Shown here in pieces: positions 60,269 to 64,000 of a stretch of 64,000 nt of DNA. The translations under genes and the position numbers were made by a program. Each line of letters begins with the position of its first letter. The stretch's first letter is position 1. Source of the DNA: Spirochaetia bacterium (GTDB taxonomy: Bacteria; Spirochaetota; Spirochaetia; SZUA-6; Bin103); NCBI GenBank assembly GCA_965203905.1, contig CBDBDQ010000005.1, forward strand, positions 32,001-96,000, in the 5' to 3' direction. The notes beneath the pieces were generated by a model that saw nothing but the letters and a program-made list of their open reading frames with translations, was not told the DNA's origin and did not search any database.

Positions 60269-61212
60269 AGGCTGGTATCGCTCAGGCGGCGCGCAAGCCA
60301 GTTCACCACCAGGATCAACGACAGGTTGATCACGGAGTTGAACAGGCCGATGGCGGTGGCGAACGAGTAGTCGGGCACCGGCGAGGCGAGCCCGATCTTG
60401 TACACGTAGGTCTGGATCACCTCGGATGCGGTCAGGTTGAGCGGCGTCTGCAGCAGGAACGCCTTCTCGAATCCCACCTGCATGATGCGCCCGGTCTCCA
60501 GGATCAGCAGGATGATCGCCACCGGCAGGATGCCCGGTACGTCGATGTGGCGGGTGCGCTGCAGCTTCGAGGCACCGTCCACAATCGCCGCCTCGTGGAG
60601 CTGCGGATCGACGCCGGCCAGCGCCGCCAGGTAGATGATGGTCCCCCAGCCGGCGTTCTGCCAGATGCCGGAGACCACGTAGATCGATTGAAACAGCTCC
60701 GGGCTGCTCATGAACGAGATCCGTTCCAGCCCGAGCCCGACCAGGGCGTTGTTGACCACCCCGGTGTGCAGCGCCAGGAAGCGCATGATCATGCCCGCCA
60801 TCACCACGGTGGAGATGAAGTGGGGGGCGTAGGTGGTGAGCTGCACCGTCTTCTTGAAGCGGCGGTGCTCGACGTTGTTGAGCGCCAGGGCGAGGATGAC
60901 CGGGATCGGGAACGAGGCGGCGATCTGGTAGGCGGACAGGCCGAGGGTGTTCCGGAGGACGGTCCAGAACTGCGGCGACTCGAAGAAGCGGTTGAAGTTG
61001 GCCATGCCGACCCACGGGCTGCCGAAGATGCCCTTGACGGCGAAGAAGTCGCGAAACGCGATCTGCGCCCCCCACATCGGCACGTACTTGAAGACCAGCA
61101 GGTAGATGAGCGGCAGCAGCAGCAGCAGGTGCAGCTGCCAGTTGACGCGCGCGTCGCGCAGCAGCGAACGCCGCACCCGCGGCGCCGCCAGGGAATCGGC
61201 GGCCGGCCTCAT
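60262..61212 (-). CDS. Carbohydrate ABC permease (LplB-like)
   Basis: SPWVG, YAPHFIS, GWGTIIYLAAL, EAAIVDGA and ATAIGLFNSVIN. Confidence 0.94.
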   Translation of the reverse strand: MRPAADSLAAPRVRRSLLRDARVNWQLHLLLLLPLIYLLVFKYVPMWGAQIAFRDFFAVKGIFGSPWVGMANFNRFFESPQFWTVLRNTLGLSAYQIAASFPIPVILALALNNVEHRRFKKTVQLTTYAPHFISTVVMAGMIMRFLALHTGVVNNALVGLGLERISFMSSPELFQSIYVVSGIWQNAGWGTIIYLAALAGVDPQLHEAAIVDGASKLQRTRHIDVPGILPVAIILLILETGRIMQVGFEKAFLLQTPLNLTASEVIQTYVYKIGLASPVPDYSFATAIGLFNSVINLSLILVVNWLARRLSDTSLW

Positions 61213-61271
61213 CGGACGCGCATCCTACCCCACCCCCCGCCCGCCGGCAAGGAACGCCGCATGTACCGACC

Positions 61272-61821
61272 CGTATGTTCGAAACGCAGAGGAGGCGTTC
61301 GTTTCCGCTCCCGGACTACGATCTGACAGACACGAGCAGCGTGGCCGTCACCACCCCACGGCCGCATCCTTGACGAGCACTACACCCGGCTTCTGATGGA
61401 GGGTCTCGACCTGGAACTCGATCTGGTGATGCTTCTGGACCGAGTGCAGAAGGGACTGCGCATCGACCGGGAAGGACATCGCCGTTTGAAGCGGTCCCGC
61501 TTGGTCGAAGGCCGTTACCCGAACCTCGCGGTCGCCGGATCCGTGGCCAGAGCCACCGGAACCGCCGGCCGCTACATTCGCGAACGCGGTTTCGACAAGC
61601 GGTATTACGAGGATCTGATCCTCGCGTTGGTACGAGAGCACGGTCCGGTCGGCCGGAGCGAGATCGATCAGGCCCTCATTTCAAAGCTCCCTGACAGGCT
61701 GACTCATGCACAGAAGCAATCGAGGGTGAGCAATCTCTTGCAGGAGCTGCGACGCTCCGGTCAGATCGTCAACCAAGGCACCCGCTCCCGCCCCAAGTGG
61801 GTGTCAACCGTGGCTCCGTGA
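61272..61821 (+). pseudogene. C-terminal fragment of an AlbA_2/HATPase_c_4 (RecG-C-like) wHTH protein, frameshifted near 61355
   Basis: RMFETQRRRSFPLPDYDL...VAVT, then a +1 shift to HGRILDEHYTRLL...LLDRVQKG...LVEGRYPN...KLPD...NLLQELRR..I.N.G. The N-terminal domains are absent. Confidence 0.72.
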
Positions 61822-62277
61822 CTCGCGCCTGAGGCATTTCCAAAATTAGAAACTCTTTCGGAAACGAGAACAATGCCCGTCGCAGGTAGGTCTCAACTAC
61901 TTATGTGGAAATAATTTATCCTTTAATATCTTAGCGCTTCAAATAAAGGGATTTAGTTAAGCCCGATGCTCCGCGCGTGCAGACGCTCTACTCGCTCGCC
62001 AACCGCCATGGCCTGTTCACCGCGGTCATCAAGATGGCGCTGACGGCGAACAAACCGCATCGGACGCGCATCCTACCCTACCCCCTACCCACCGGCAAGG
62101 ACGCAAGCGCGCCGGGCCCCGCGCGCTTGCGCGTCCGGCCCCTGAAGCACGGAAGACGAGTCGGTGTCCACGGAGGTAAGCACGGGTGCACGGGTGCAGT
62201 GCCACGTTGACGGCTGCGCCGAGGAAGGTTAGAACGCAGGTGCGTGGGTGCGCGAAGCTGACGAACCAGGCTGACAA

Positions 62278-63528
62278 ATGAGACTCAACGCACTGACCTG
62301 CGCGGTCGGCCTACTCGTTGCGGCCGTTGCCGCACACGCCCAGGAGCGCGCCTTTCCGACGACGTCCGGTGACCGCGAGCTGCGGCGGGTAACGCTCGAA
62401 CAGCTTCACCACGGCCGCTACCGCCTGCCGCTTCGCGGCGACGAGGAGACGGCGATTCGCTTCCACCGGGGGCGTGGGACCGTCAGGTACGGCGATGGTG
62501 CGACGGAGCGGGTACAGGCCGGGCTGCTCACCGACCTGGTCGCCTTCGGCGACCTCGACGGCGACCTGGTCGCCGATGCGGTGGTTGTGGTCTTCATCAA
62601 TCCGGGCGGCAGCGGCACGTTTATCCACCTGCTGGCGATGCATGACCGCGAAGGCACACCGGTGCAGGCCGCTCGCGAGTTCCTGGGGGACCGGGTGCGC
62701 GTGCAAAGCATCGCGATCTCGGGCAGGCGTATCTTCGTGACGATGCTCGCGCACGGTCCCGGGGACGGGTTGTGTTGCCCATCGGTCGAGATCAGGCGCG
62801 CGTTCACGCTGCAAGGGCGCAGGTTGGTGCCGAGTCAGTTCCTGGTGGTCGAGGCTCCCCTGCCGGGCGGGAAGGTGGCGCCGGGCATCGAAGTTCGGGG
62901 AACGACGAGCACGCCCCCGTCCGGCGACGGCCTGGCCTACCTGGTATATGACGCTTACGGCGGCGTGATTGGCATGGGGAGAGTCCCTGTTGCGGCAGGC
63001 TTGGGCAGTGCGGGAACGTTTGCCGCACCGGTCGACTTCCTTGCCGGCGGCGGCGGACCGGGACGCATCGAAATCGTCGACGTGCGCCGGAGCGACGGTT
63101 CGGCATCGGCTCGGGCGTCGGTGCAGGTCCTGCTCGCAGCCACGGCGGATCGGCGACCCCCGCCGCAGCAACCGGTGCCGCGGCAGATCGTGCTCCAGGC
63201 GCCGGTAACCGGCGCGGTCATGGGCGCGAGCATCGAGGTGCGCGGGTGGATCAGCACCGTACCGTTCGAGAACAACCTGACCTACCGGATCTACAGCGAA
63301 GGCGGCGTCGTGATCGACCGGGGATGGATCATGGTGGAGGGCGATCTCGGTGAACGCGGCACGTTCGCGAAGTCGATCGCCCTGGTGGGTACCGATGCCG
63401 CCGGCCCCGTCAGCATCGAGGTGCGGGACGTCAACGAGGCCGACGGTTCGCTGTTCGCCAGCACGACGGTGCAGGTGTTCATGGTGGCAGATCAGGACGA
63501 TTCGACGGCACTGAACAAGGAGCGCTGA
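62278..63528 (+). CDS. Secreted protein with a CCPS-motif domain and two Gmad2-like Ig domains
   Basis: Signal peptide, GDLDGD..D, GGSGT and CCPS; two repeats of VRG...(PFENNL)Y...GTF. Confidence 0.72.
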   Translation: MRLNALTCAVGLLVAAVAAHAQERAFPTTSGDRELRRVTLEQLHHGRYRLPLRGDEETAIRFHRGRGTVRYGDGATERVQAGLLTDLVAFGDLDGDLVADAVVVVFINPGGSGTFIHLLAMHDREGTPVQAAREFLGDRVRVQSIAISGRRIFVTMLAHGPGDGLCCPSVEIRRAFTLQGRRLVPSQFLVVEAPLPGGKVAPGIEVRGTTSTPPSGDGLAYLVYDAYGGVIGMGRVPVAAGLGSAGTFAAPVDFLAGGGGPGRIEIVDVRRSDGSASARASVQVLLAATADRRPPPQQPVPRQIVLQAPVTGAVMGASIEVRGWISTVPFENNLTYRIYSEGGVVIDRGWIMVEGDLGERGTFAKSIALVGTDAAGPVSIEVRDVNEADGSLFASTTVQVFMVADQDDSTALNKER

Positions 63529-63533
63529 AGGCT

Positions 63534-64000
63534 CTACGCGTCCGCCGGTGTCTGGTTACCAGACTCGGTCAGCTCCACGGCTTGCTCGGCGAGCAGCCGC
63601 CCGCCGAGGGTTGAAGGGGAAATCACCCTGTCCACACCCAGACGGCGCACGGTGGCGACGCTTTCCTCGTCCTCGATACGCACCAGGATCACAAACTGCA
63701 CGTGCGGCGTCGTGTCGCGCAGGTCCTTGGCATTGACCGCAATCAGGGTGTTCATCGAGTCACTGTCACAGGCGGCGATGACTGCCCGCGCCGTGGCCAC
63801 GTTGGCTTCGACCAGCGTCTCGCGCAGGGTCGGGTCTGCCTCCAGCACGTCCTGGCCCTTGCCACGCAACTGCTGTACCACCTTCTCGCGGTCGTCGACG
63901 ATCACCACGGATACGCGGCGCTCGCGCAACTCGTCGATGACGCTGGCTGCGACACCGCTGTAGCCGCACACCACCACGTGATCGCTCAGCCGTTGGAACC
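63534..64000 (-). CDS. TrkA-N/RCK domain protein (K+ channel-like), 5' end outside the window
   Basis: DHVVVCGYS, ADPT...L.EA....ARAVI and GVDRVISP. Confidence 0.85.
   Translation of the reverse strand, partial: FQRLSDHVVVCGYSGVAASVIDELRERRVSVVIVDDREKVVQQLRGKGQDVLEADPTLRETLVEANVATARAVIAACDSDSMNTLIAVNAKDLRDTTPHVQFVILVRIEDEESVATVRRLGVDRVISPSTLGGRLLAEQAVELTESGNQTPADA

Noticed and set aside
53447-64000. Prophage or integrative element at tRNA-Gly
   Set aside because: No integrase, phage or conjugation genes in the window, and only an 11-bp match to the tRNA end.

Overview
High-GC bacterial chromosome segment, most likely from a spirochete (Spirochaetia). This is an inference from gene order recalled from Borrelia/Treponema: ffh-rpsP-khpA-rimM-trmD-rplS-yraN-coaD-rpmF-acpP-rnc-cca, mltG-dnaG-rpoD-Zn ribbon-rnpB-TPR-mreBCD-mrdA-rodA, and PUR-rnhB-smc. 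The housekeeping core (about 12.5-53.5 kb) includes RNase P RNA and tRNA-Tyr, -Thr and -Gly. The left end holds a frameshifted Fic gene, two tandem family-5 solute-binding genes, an acyltransferase and a troABCD metal-uptake operon. Both tro permeases carry fused DtxR-like domains, and a 22-bp operator sits next to the promoter. An operon inside the core encodes an apparently inactive S41/PDZ protease and two beta-propeller lipoproteins, facing an atypical FtsH. Downstream of tRNA-Gly is a decaying sugar-uptake/sulfatase region with an HNH element. Top candidates for a second look: the double permease-repressor fusion, the 'split, dead tricorn-like' operon, a 6S-like structured RNA between rplS and yraN, the HNH element with a possible divergent RNA, and recurrent leaderless promoters. 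All calls were made by eye from motifs; no searches or folding were run.
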